Shown here piece after piece: positions 9,243 to 17,168 of a stretch of DNA of 32,000 nt. Each line of letters starts with the position of its first letter. Positions within the stretch are counted from its first letter, which is position 1. The notes below the pieces were generated by a model that made no database searches, was not told where the DNA came from, and saw only the letters and a program-made list of their open reading frames with translations. Both the position numbers and the translations under genes were made by a program. Origin of the DNA: an uncultured archaeon (GTDB lineage Archaea; Asgardarchaeota; Hermodarchaeia; Hermodarchaeales; Hermodarchaeaceae); the NCBI GenBank assembly GCA_964347045.1, contig CAYFXC010000001.1, positions 219,256-251,255 on the forward strand, given 5' to 3'.

Positions 9243-9291
9243 ATTAGTACAGTCAATTATGCGATTCGGCAAAAAGTATGAGGGATAACCA

Positions 9292-9684
9292 TTGGTAAAG
9301 GTAAAGAAAGTAAAATCGAAGAAGCGATCAATGGAACGCCAAATGCGCCGAATGGGCGTTGATTTTCAACAACTGGAAGACGTAACTGAAGTTCTCATTC
9401 GGTTTCCTGACAAAGAACTAGTTATCCCTCAAGCCCAAGTGCTAGTGATGCAAGCTCAAGGTGAGGATATCTACCAAATAGTGGGCAAATCAGAGGAAAG
9501 GAGCCTAACAATCTCTGCCGAATCAGAAGAAGGTGCTCCGGTGACTACCTTCCAAGCATTTACTGACGAAGATGTCCAGCTTGTGGCTAGTCAGGCAAAT
9601 GTTTCAGAAGACGAAGCCCGTGAGGCTTTACGCACGGCAGAAGGTAATCTTGCTAAGGCCATTATAATTCTGACTGAGAAATAG
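9292..9684 (+). CDS. nac: nascent polypeptide-associated complex protein (archaeal NAC, NAC plus UBA domains)
   Basis: RQMRRMGVDFQQLEDVTEVLIR NAC domain and C-terminal UBA (EDVQLVASQANVSEDEAREALRTAEGNLAKAI). TTG at 9292; the alternative ATG 9331 is equally plausible. Confidence 0.85.
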   Translation: MVKVKKVKSKKRSMERQMRRMGVDFQQLEDVTEVLIRFPDKELVIPQAQVLVMQAQGEDIYQIVGKSEERSLTISAESEEGAPVTTFQAFTDEDVQLVASQANVSEDEAREALRTAEGNLAKAIIILTEK

Positions 9685-9690
9685 CCCTAT

Positions 9691-10344
9691 TCAAGTGTCT
9701 TCTTTTCGTTCTAGCATAGCCTTTACTCGTTTCATCCGGAAGAGATCCTCTCTTTCTTGTTCTTCCAGCATAAGTTCAATATATCGAATTGTGTTGTTAA
9801 TTCGCGGAAGTACTAAATAGTTGAGTGCATTTACTCGGCGTTTTGTCTTTTCAATTTCTGCAGCAAGCCGCTTGACAGTAGCTTCGATTTCAGCTAGTCT
9901 AACAACTTTATCGAGAGCTATTCGCACTTTTTGAGCGGCTTTATCAACAGTGGATGATGTTCCCGCTAAACTGTAGTGTAATTGTACTGTTTCTTCTTGT
10001 TCAGTGATTCTAAAGATTGGAACTGAAACACCCATGGTATTTCGTGTTTCTACCTCAAAATCTAGGGGGCTTTTAGCCCCTAAAGCTAGTTCTTCGAGTT
10101 TAGCTCCGCCCTCAACTAATTTTGCATTCATTAATGAAGTAAATGCCTCCGCAAGGGTCGTTTCCATTTCTTCTCGATGTTTTTTCGCTTCCGACAATAT
10201 TGCAAAGAATTCACGAACAAGTGCATCTTGTTTTTCACGGAGGAGTTCATAGCCTCGAGCCGCTAGCTCGCGACGTTCTTTGAGGGTGAGTAATTCCATC
10301 CGTGTCGGGCGAACACCCGCGATGATTCCTGCTGCTTCAGACAA
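9691..10344 (-). CDS. atpD: A-type (A1A0/V-type) ATP synthase subunit D
   Basis: 217 aa. RPTRMELLTLKERRELAARGYELLREKQDALVREF and the C-terminal coiled coil are typical of AtpD/NtpD. Confidence 0.85.
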   Translation of the reverse strand: MSEAAGIIAGVRPTRMELLTLKERRELAARGYELLREKQDALVREFFAILSEAKKHREEMETTLAEAFTSLMNAKLVEGGAKLEELALGAKSPLDFEVETRNTMGVSVPIFRITEQEETVQLHYSLAGTSSTVDKAAQKVRIALDKVVRLAEIEATVKRLAAEIEKTKRRVNALNYLVLPRINNTIRYIELMLEEQEREDLFRMKRVKAMLERKEDT

Positions 10345-10353
10345 GGTGATCCC

Positions 10354-10641
10354 TCAAGGAAGTAATGCGAAGACTCCTACGACCCAAATGAGAATTGCCG
10401 CAACAACAATAAGCCATTCAACTAACAACCTGCGGGTCCTTTCAGGATTTTCACTCATTAGTCCGGTCATCCCAAAACAAAGCCCACAAATCAGTAAATA
10501 CGCGAGAAGAATTATTGCTGCTGATTGGTCCCATGGAATATCCAAAGCTAGGTTTGTTATGGCGACGAATCCTGCTCCAATTAGGAATAGAATTCCAACG
10601 ACTTGCAAAATACGAATAAGCTTTACGTTCGTTTCAGCCAC
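10354..10641 (-). CDS. small membrane protein, function unknown
   Basis: 95 aa with three hydrophobic helices. Ends 10 nt upstream of atpD, same strand. Confidence 0.4.
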   Translation of the reverse strand: MAETNVKLIRILQVVGILFLIGAGFVAITNLALDIPWDQSAAIILLAYLLICGLCFGMTGLMSENPERTRRLLVEWLIVVAAILIWVVGVFALLP

Positions 10642-10731
10642 AACTACACGCTCTCTGTAATGATAAGGATGAAGCGAAAATGCGGGGGCTCGCTATTTAA
10701 GCATTGCTGACTTGACAGGGTCTCTTCACAA

Positions 10732-12037
10732 TTATAATTCGTCAAAAGTGTGAATGCGCATTTTCGCTGGTTTCTTAACAATATTACCCACTCGTACTCC
10801 GATTATTAATTCGATGCCGCGATTTTCTGCGATGTCAATAAGTCGTTGGGTCACAACGCCATCTAATATGAGGACTTTTGCTTTTTTGAGTTCTTGTAGT
10901 TCGTTTGCTAGCTCCCCAACATGAGTTTCTTTGAGTTGTTTGAAGTCATCATCCAAAATAACAGACATCATCGTCTGCTGAATTTTTTCAGCTGAGCTAA
11001 GGATGGGTTTTGGTAAACCCAAATCTTTTACCATAGGTTCGGGTTTTTTAGCCGGCTTTGTTCGCGTAGGAGGACGCGTCTTCTTAGGACGCGATTCCTT
11101 AGGTTTTTTGGCTGGAGCCCTACGAGTGCGCTTCTTTTCTTTTACTTTATCCGGCGTGGAGGGTGTTTTGCTTTTAGGTCTTCCAATAACTTGTACAGAT
11201 GGAACCTTATTTCGGAGGGCTTTTGTTACTTCTTTATGTGTTAATTCTTCGACTTCTCTTCCTGTTGGTGCACGTGCCACATAATCGACTTTAATAACTT
11301 GTGAGAGCTCTTTGAAAATCAGGTCTCCTCCACGATCTCCGTCTAAGAATGCAATAACGGTTTTATCCTTTGCAATGTCTGCAATTGATTTTGGAATCGA
11401 TGTTCCCTCGACGGCGACAGCATTTTTAACACCTGAGCGTAGAAGGGCGAGTACGTCAGCACGTCCTTCCACAATAATGATGGTGCTTGAGGTTTTTGCT
11501 TCTGGCCCAGCGGGAAGTTTTTCTTTCCCAAGTTTAATAATCTCTGCAGTACGTGCCTCTCGTAATACTGTATCTGTCATTTCTTGGGAATCAGGAGAAA
11601 TTTCTCCTTCCCAATCACGAAGGAGATCAACTGCACGATCAATGATTTGTTTACGCTTCTCTTCTCTGACATCCTCTACTTTTTCGAGACTGATTTTAGC
11701 AGCACACGGACCAACTCTATCAACTGTTTCAATTGCCGCTGCAAGAATTGCAGTTTCTGTTCTATCAAGACTACAAGGTATTGTGATGGTACCTTGTGAT
11801 TTTCCACTTTCAGTATGAAGTTCAACTTTTATTCGACCAATTCGCCCCGACTGTTGTAATTCCCTTAGGTCCAAATCTTCACCGATTACCCCTTCACATC
11901 TATGATATGAAGTGTAGGCCCTCTGTTTGACCAAATAGAGCACCTACCACATCGGGGGTTTCAACTACTCCATCTATTTCGATTTTTCCACGAATACAAT
12001 ATTTTGTGGTTCCAGTACTTTCCGCATTTGCTCCCAT
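10732..12037 (-). CDS. dnaG: archaeal DnaG (Toprim primase-like, exosome-associated); reading frame broken by a 28-nt insertion
   Basis: ORF 11900..12163 carries [34 protein letters not shown] 10732..11943 continues with [21 protein letters not shown]...[11 protein letters not shown]..., a Toprim domain ([10 protein letters not shown]...DGDRGGD) and a Lys/Pro-rich linker. Start is placed at ATG 12037 ([13 protein letters not shown]) with an AAAATATC TATA-like box about 35 nt upstream. Confidence 0.85.
11887..11914 (-). repeat. 28-nt palindromic insertion flanked by TA/TA inside dnaG
   Basis: Minus sense CACTTCATATCATAGATGTGAAGGGGTA. It contains a 9-bp hairpin CTTCATATC-ATA-GATGTGAAG. TA at 11887-88 repeats the flanking TA at 11915-16. 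Removing it restores the dnaG frame. Confidence 0.7.
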
Positions 12038-12175
12038 AATCGCCACCTTGTGAAAGTTATTTGTGATATTTTTGGTGTTGGCGTTTGAAACGACGAACGC
12101 CATTTTAGTATGATTTGCGATATTGATTAGATAATATGGTAAGCGTGATGTAATTAGCCACACGAGGAAACTACA

Positions 12176-12595
12176 TTAAAACTTTGTGCCTTTCGAAGGT
12201 TTGTCTGTTTGTTTTAGGCCTTCTATCACACGAACTCGCCAAGTAAAGGCTCGCTTAAGCTGATATCTTTCTCGATGAAGTATAGTCACACCACGACCTT
12301 CTAGCTGTTTAATTAAATGCCGTGTTAGTTGTCCTCCCCGTCTATCAAAATCAAATAAAATGAGCACGCGACGAGAATTTGATAGTTGATCTGCTAAACT
12401 AACTATATTATGTCCGGCCATAGCATATATTGGTCCTGTTAATCCTAGTCCACGTAGCGCTGTAATATCCTTAATACCTTCCACAACAATTGATATACCA
12501 TCATCAGAGAGTTCAGTTAATAATCGCAGCCCTCTTTCAAAACGCTCTTCTAATTTTTCCTGTTTCGATCGAGTCGCTTTTCGTTGTGGACACAT
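12176..12595 (-). CDS. small Toprim domain protein (RNase M5 / small primase-like family)
   Basis: 139 aa. IVVEGIKDITALRGLG (Toprim Glu) and LILFDFDRRGGQL (DxD) motifs. Confidence 0.7.
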   Translation of the reverse strand: MCPQRKATRSKQEKLEERFERGLRLLTELSDDGISIVVEGIKDITALRGLGLTGPIYAMAGHNIVSLADQLSNSRRVLILFDFDRRGGQLTRHLIKQLEGRGVTILHRERYQLKRAFTWRVRVIEGLKQTDKPSKGTKF

Positions 12596-12670
12596 AAAAG
12601 TCGCCTAATTTACTGCTTAGGGTACCATTCATCCTTATTCATATTTGTTAAGACACCTAATGCGGTGTAC

Positions 12671-12678
12671 TTTTATAT
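12671..12678 (+). promoter_or_regulatory. TATA box (TTTTATAT) upstream of tyrS
   Basis: Consensus-like archaeal TATA about 30-40 nt upstream of the GTG codons at 12708 and 12717. Confidence 0.5.
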
Positions 12679-12716
12679 CACACAGAATAAGCCCGAGTCA
12701 CAAAGAAGTGTTATCT

Positions 12717-13814
12717 GTGAAAAATCTTCCATCCAGCGTTGAAAAAATTGCACGGCACACCCAAGAAGTGCTAACTATCGAGGATTTAACAGATATCTTC
12801 AATCGCCAAGAGAAGCCTCGTGGCTACATAGGTGTTGAACCCAGCGGGCTATTTCACATTGGCTGGATAGGTTGGGTACAGAAGCTAAATCAACTTGTAA
12901 ACTTAGGAGTTCGAATGGAAATTCTCCTTGCTACTTGGCACGCTCAAGTTAACGATAAACTTGGCGGGAACATCGAGAGAATTCGGCGATGCGCTGATTA
13001 CCTCCGTCATTCTTTTGTTGCCCTTAAAGTAGATACTACTAAAGTTCACATTATAACGGCTGAAGATTTAATGCGTCGAATTGAGTATTGGGAGAAGGTT
13101 CTTCGGGTTGCAAAAAATCTAACTCTCGCTAGGGTTCGACGCTCAACCGACATAATGGGTCGTACCGAAGAAGAAGCCGCGATTGATTTTTCCAAGCTAA
13201 TCTACCCCCTTTTACAGGTAACAGATATAATCGATCAAAAATATGAAATCTGTCTATCAGGAATGGATCAAAGGCGGGCACACGTCCTAGCGCGCGAAGT
13301 GGCTGATAAAATGAAGCTAGAGTGGAAACCAATTGGGATTCACATGCCGCTTCTTCCGGGACTCACTGGAACAGCCCGTATGGATGTCACCTCTGAGTTT
13401 TTAGCACAAGATGTAGCTATTGATATTAAGATGTCAAAGTCAAAGCCCGGTGATGCTATTTTCATACATGACTCAACTCGAGAGATCAAACGGAAAATTA
13501 AGAATGCCTTTTGTCCAGCTGGAGAGGTAGAAAATAATCCCATTCTAAATTATATCCGCAACATCCTTTTCACACAAGATGATTATACCTTACATATTGA
13601 ACGAGCAGAAAAATACGGGGGACCCTTGAGCATCACAAGTGCTGATGAACTCGAATCATTGTATGCTGTTGGAGCTATCCATCCCTTGGATCTAAAGGAA
13701 GCTGCAACAAAAGCCTTTTCTGATTTTCTTGAACCGGTAAGAAAATACTTTGAGCAGAATCCCGAGGCAAAGAAATTATATCAGGAAATTGCGGAATATC
13801 AGATAACGCGATAG
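12717..13814 (+). CDS. tyrS: tyrosyl-tRNA synthetase (archaeal type)
   Basis: GVEPSGLFHIGW (HIGH-region variant), KMSKSKP, and strong resemblance to archaeal TyrRS in NAFCPAGEVENNPIL and AEKYGGPLSITSADELESLYAVGAIHPLDLKEA. ORF opens at 12645 (TTG). GTG 12708/12717 is preferred because of TATA position. Confidence 0.85.
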   Translation: MKNLPSSVEKIARHTQEVLTIEDLTDIFNRQEKPRGYIGVEPSGLFHIGWIGWVQKLNQLVNLGVRMEILLATWHAQVNDKLGGNIERIRRCADYLRHSFVALKVDTTKVHIITAEDLMRRIEYWEKVLRVAKNLTLARVRRSTDIMGRTEEEAAIDFSKLIYPLLQVTDIIDQKYEICLSGMDQRRAHVLAREVADKMKLEWKPIGIHMPLLPGLTGTARMDVTSEFLAQDVAIDIKMSKSKPGDAIFIHDSTREIKRKIKNAFCPAGEVENNPILNYIRNILFTQDDYTLHIERAEKYGGPLSITSADELESLYAVGAIHPLDLKEAATKAFSDFLEPVRKYFEQNPEAKKLYQEIAEYQITR

Positions 13815-13823
13815 CTTATGGGT

Positions 13824-14687
13824 TTAGCAGTCGAAAATTTGGACATCAAGGACAAAATGATCGTATCTTGGATTATAAGTCTTAATCTTTCGGGAATTTA
13901 CTACTTCAACCCGCCGCTTCATCAATGAGGCGATATCTTCAATTTTTAAAAAAATTTCAGTGGCAAAATCATTCTTAGAACCAATTTCATGAATATGCAT
14001 CATTCCCTCAGAGTGAACGCACTGTATTCCAGCTTCCAGATACTTATCTGTTCCTTGAATTAAACCCATGATGACCCGATCTGCTTTGCCTTGACTGATA
14101 GTTGGCGCTATTAGGCGGGTATCTCCAAAATATGTTCGGTAAATCTCAGTGACATTGTTGGTCTGAATATTCTGTTTAAGATAGTGAAAAGCTTCAGGGT
14201 TCCATTCAATCGCATGAATAGTCTTGGGTCTTGCATGCACAGCCATGGGTAATGACAACTGTCCAATACCTGCAAACATATCAACGACCAATTCACCAGA
14301 CCCAATTTTGCTCATGCGAAGGCGTTCTCCTTTATTTCCAACAGAAAACATTACTTTCATTGGGTCTATATGAAAAACCACTTTATTTTCTCTGAAGACT
14401 GTTTCTGTTTGAGGTGAACCCGCAATCAGTTCGACTGCAGGTTGTCGATAAGGTCCTGCGATGGCTGCTGTTCGTCTCAACACTGATCGGATTTTTTTAC
14501 TATACTGCAACGTGATTTGCCCAATTACTTCCTTGTACTTTTCAATTCGTGGATCTAACCATAAGATGGCCACATGCCCCAAAATGCGAATACGGCGAGG
14601 TAACAGCTCGGACGGAATTAGCTCATCAAGCTCGGTTTCAAGGAACTGATAAAACGTCTGACGGCGACGACGGGGTATTTTCTTCAC
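13824..14687 (-). CDS. class I SAM-dependent tRNA methyltransferase, Trm5/Taw2 (Met-10+) family
   Basis: 287 aa. FSVGNKGERLRM and VVDMFAGIGQLSLPMA (SAM motif I) are typical of Trm5/TYW2-like enzymes. m1G37 versus wyosine-pathway role cannot be decided from here. Confidence 0.75.
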   Translation of the reverse strand: MKKIPRRRRQTFYQFLETELDELIPSELLPRRIRILGHVAILWLDPRIEKYKEVIGQITLQYSKKIRSVLRRTAAIAGPYRQPAVELIAGSPQTETVFRENKVVFHIDPMKVMFSVGNKGERLRMSKIGSGELVVDMFAGIGQLSLPMAVHARPKTIHAIEWNPEAFHYLKQNIQTNNVTEIYRTYFGDTRLIAPTISQGKADRVIMGLIQGTDKYLEAGIQCVHSEGMMHIHEIGSKNDFATEIFLKIEDIASLMKRRVEVVNSRKIKTYNPRYDHFVLDVQIFDC

Positions 14688-15067
14688 CTGAACGTTGATG
14701 ATTCGAAGAAGTGGTGGGTCGCACCTGCTCTGCTGACCGATACACTAACGCCCCGTCATCATTGGTGGGCGGAACGCCTTTTTCCTCTGACAGGTCCTCT
14801 CTTAATATGTCGGGCATGATGAGTGGTTTGCGACCCGGCGTTGAAGTGTGGACATCGTGGGTTGCCCCCACAGTCACCTCTTGACGACCCGTCATAGATC
14901 ATGCAGGAGCCTGTCACATGCCGCATAACCTTCAACGCTGCTCCAGTGTTGCCACAAATTTGCACGAATCCTCATCAGAACGAATTCTTCGGGTTCGTCC
15001 TCGATGGTGGCTAATATCCTTTCATTGCAACTATCAGAACGGAAACGGCGCCTCAAAAACGCTTTCA

Positions 15068-15634
15068 CTATTGCCTTGAAACCCCATGGTAAATGATTCG
15101 ACCATCTCGGTCGATTTGTCCGGCTCGTATTCGAGTTGACGAAATGGAAATCTGATCTTCTGCTTTCACCATTGTTAATACAGCGATGTGTAAAAGCGGC
15201 AAATCATGCTCGCGACGGATTTCATTGATTTCTTTAGCGACGGGACAGGTTTCTTCACTGACCACAATCAGTTCGAGTTCGGGCATTGTAATGGAAGGTC
15301 CATATTTGTTGTGTAACGGTCGGATGATATATCGTCCGGTGTAACTCTCTGCATTTAACCATTTTTCAAGTTCATTTTTCCGTTCATCATAACTTGCTAT
15401 GATTTTCCAATCAGGTTTGTGCTTTACCATGTCTTGGGTCGTTAATCCAATAAGAACCTGTTTACCTAGCTCGAAGGCACGACGGAGAAGCGTCCTATGA
15501 CCTTTATGTAATTGGTCAAAAGTTCCACCAATGGCCACCCATTCATATGGTTCCTCAGACAAGACGCACTCCTCATGTCTTGCATAAGTGTTCAGCTGAA
15601 AAAGGTTTAGCACATGCCACGATTCGAATACCAC
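15068..15634 (-). CDS. phosphopantetheine adenylyltransferase, archaeal type (cytidylyltransferase fold)
   Basis: VAIGGTFDQLHKGHRTLL (GxFxxxHxGH) and ISSTRIR motifs. 188-aa ORF; the true start may be internal. Confidence 0.75.
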   Translation of the reverse strand: MVFESWHVLNLFQLNTYARHEECVLSEEPYEWVAIGGTFDQLHKGHRTLLRRAFELGKQVLIGLTTQDMVKHKPDWKIIASYDERKNELEKWLNAESYTGRYIIRPLHNKYGPSITMPELELIVVSEETCPVAKEINEIRREHDLPLLHIAVLTMVKAEDQISISSTRIRAGQIDRDGRIIYHGVSRQ

Positions 15635-15642
15635 ATACGATT

Positions 15643-16749
15643 CTATGCTATTCCGATGGTATTTCCAATACCTGCAATGATGACTGTGTCGCCTTTCTTG
15701 GTGCGTAACAGAACTGCGTTTTTCATTCTTTCAACCACTTTGGGTACTGCATCGACGAGAGATTTTTTCATTGGGGCAAGGGCGTCTTCTAAGGCTTCTT
15801 TAATAACAATTGCATCAATGGGAATTTCGTGTTTGACACCTGAATCTTCCATCTTGAATTTCTCTGGTCCAGGATCACCAATAGCTGCACCAACACCTTC
15901 AATCACTTGTCCCGTCTCTTCTCCTTCAAGTTTCAAGCCGGCATCAACTGTGATGATCCGTGCAACTTTACCCTTTTTTCGTTCAACAACCCTCCGGATA
16001 CCTTCACCTGGTTTACCAACCTGGCTTCCATATCCTTTGGCCCGAATAAACCACAAAGTGCGTCCTTCAAATTGACCTGATAGGGCAACTGTATGTTGTG
16101 CTATTTCTTCTGGTTCACCCGCATTAATTTCTCGCGCAAAGTGAGCAACTGCTAATGGTCCCATCCCATCTCCGATAGGTTTCCCATCTGCGAAAGCACG
16201 GGTTGCTTCAAAGTATGCTTTTGCCATTTGAATAATCATCGGGAGTTGCATCTGCAACTGCATAGTATAGTAAATACTCTTCGTTTTTTTACCTAACAAA
16301 TAGAAATGGCGGACAATCCGATATACCTGATTTAGTGCCATAGCACCTGAGAGTACAGCTTCAGCATTAGCCTGTTGTTCTGGTGACGCCTTCGGGGCAA
16401 TCCTTGCGACTTGATCTTCATATCGCGTGGTTCTTACATCAAGCACATGTTCTAATCTTTGCAAAACACCTGCGGGATCAACATTTACTGGCTCGATGAC
16501 GAAAAATTCCATGAAATCATCAACCGTTGATTTGACATCTTTTTCGTCGACTTTTAAATCTTTGAACGCTTTAGTTGCAATGTTCTTTCCCTGTTTAGCC
16601 AAGACTTCAAGCTGTCTAAGCCCGGCTTCTGCTTGACGTTGCCAAATGTAGGACTGCAGCCGGGTTCCATACAGATAAATGAAAATGAAAAAGATTAGAA
16701 AAATAACTTGGAAAATCCAATTGAAATCGCCAAGGGGAACTTGTAACAT
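15643..16749 (-). CDS. conserved archaeal membrane-anchored protein of unknown function (DUF1512-like)
   Basis: 368 aa. One N-terminal TM helix followed by a soluble domain. Length and architecture fit my recollection of the archaeal DUF1512 family; not verified. Confidence 0.45.
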   Translation of the reverse strand: MLQVPLGDFNWIFQVIFLIFFIFIYLYGTRLQSYIWQRQAEAGLRQLEVLAKQGKNIATKAFKDLKVDEKDVKSTVDDFMEFFVIEPVNVDPAGVLQRLEHVLDVRTTRYEDQVARIAPKASPEQQANAEAVLSGAMALNQVYRIVRHFYLLGKKTKSIYYTMQLQMQLPMIIQMAKAYFEATRAFADGKPIGDGMGPLAVAHFAREINAGEPEEIAQHTVALSGQFEGRTLWFIRAKGYGSQVGKPGEGIRRVVERKKGKVARIITVDAGLKLEGEETGQVIEGVGAAIGDPGPEKFKMEDSGVKHEIPIDAIVIKEALEDALAPMKKSLVDAVPKVVERMKNAVLLRTKKGDTVIIAGIGNTIGIA

Positions 16750-16851
16750 TGTTCATCACGTGTTTATGCTAGTGTCGGAACGGTTTCAACGCGAAATAAA
16801 AACCTTTGCTTACTGTCAACCTGAAACGATTAAGTTGGTGAAAGGAAAAGA

Positions 16852-16973
16852 AGTGGCGCAGTTCACACTTTTCCCGACACCTCTCGGATATCAGTACTCA
16901 GCGCGACGAAACCGGCTTAACTTCCGGGATCTGACGAGACCGGGTGTGGCCCAGCTTCTATGACCGCGCCACC
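16852..16973 (-). rRNA. rrf: 5S ribosomal RNA (unlinked to 16S/23S in this window)
   Basis: Minus sense GGUGGCGCGGUCAUAG...CCCGGUCUCGUCAGAUCCCGGAAGUUAAGCC...GCGCUGAGUACUG...GGGAA...CUGCGCCACU. A 10-bp helix I joins the ends, with the conserved GAUCCCGGAAGUUAAGC and GAGUACUG blocks. 122 nt. TATA upstream, T-rich tract downstream. Confidence 0.9.
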
Positions 16974-16992
16974 CAGCACACTTCTCCCCCGC

Positions 16993-17000
16993 TATAAAAA
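16993..17000 (-). promoter_or_regulatory. TATA box (TTTTTATA, minus sense) for 5S rRNA
   Basis: Lies about 20-27 nt upstream of the 5S 5' end. Confidence 0.5.
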
Positions 17001-17026
17001 TGTTGTGAACTCTTAGATGAGAAAAG

Positions 17027-17103
17027 TGGTGGGCTGGCCGGGATTTGAACCCGGGACCACGAGGTCCCAAACCTCGCATCATACCGAACTAGACTACCGG
17101 CCC
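17027..17103 (-). tRNA. tRNA-Pro (UGG), no intron, CCA encoded
   Basis: Anticodon arm CGAGG-UUUGGGA-CCUCG, T-arm CCGGG-UUCAAAU-CCCGG, acceptor GGGCCGG/CCAGCCC (C5-A68 mismatch). Confidence 0.85.
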
Positions 17104-17168
17104 AGCATTGAACATGGGATACTAAAGAGAGTTGAAAAACCTTTGCACAATTTAGCTCTTCCGATACC

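Noticed and set aside
10655-10715. Possible C/D box sRNA between dnaG and the 95-aa gene (AATGATAA ... CTGA, about 51 nt apart).
   Set aside because: Box C is degenerate (AUGAUAA), there is no proper D'/C' pair, and the terminal stem is weak and offset. An AT-rich promoter region for the downstream gene is the more likely explanation.
11880-11935. The dnaG insertion as a canonical archaeal BHB mRNA intron (as in crenarchaeal cbf5), or as a gene-60-style translational bypass.
   Set aside because: I tried all three possible 28-nt registers. I found no 4-bp central helix flanked by two 3-nt bulges, no exon-exon outer helix, and no matching take-off/landing codon pair. It is kept as an open finding, but these two mechanisms have no support from sequence alone.
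14688-15067. SRP RNA, H/ACA or C/D sRNA identity for the GC-rich spacer.
   Set aside because: It has no SRP helix 8 motif and no UGUAAC. No ACA box follows the 9-bp lower stem in either orientation. The AUGAUGA boxes lack a CUGA partner at C/D spacing. It is reported only as an unclassified candidate structured RNA.
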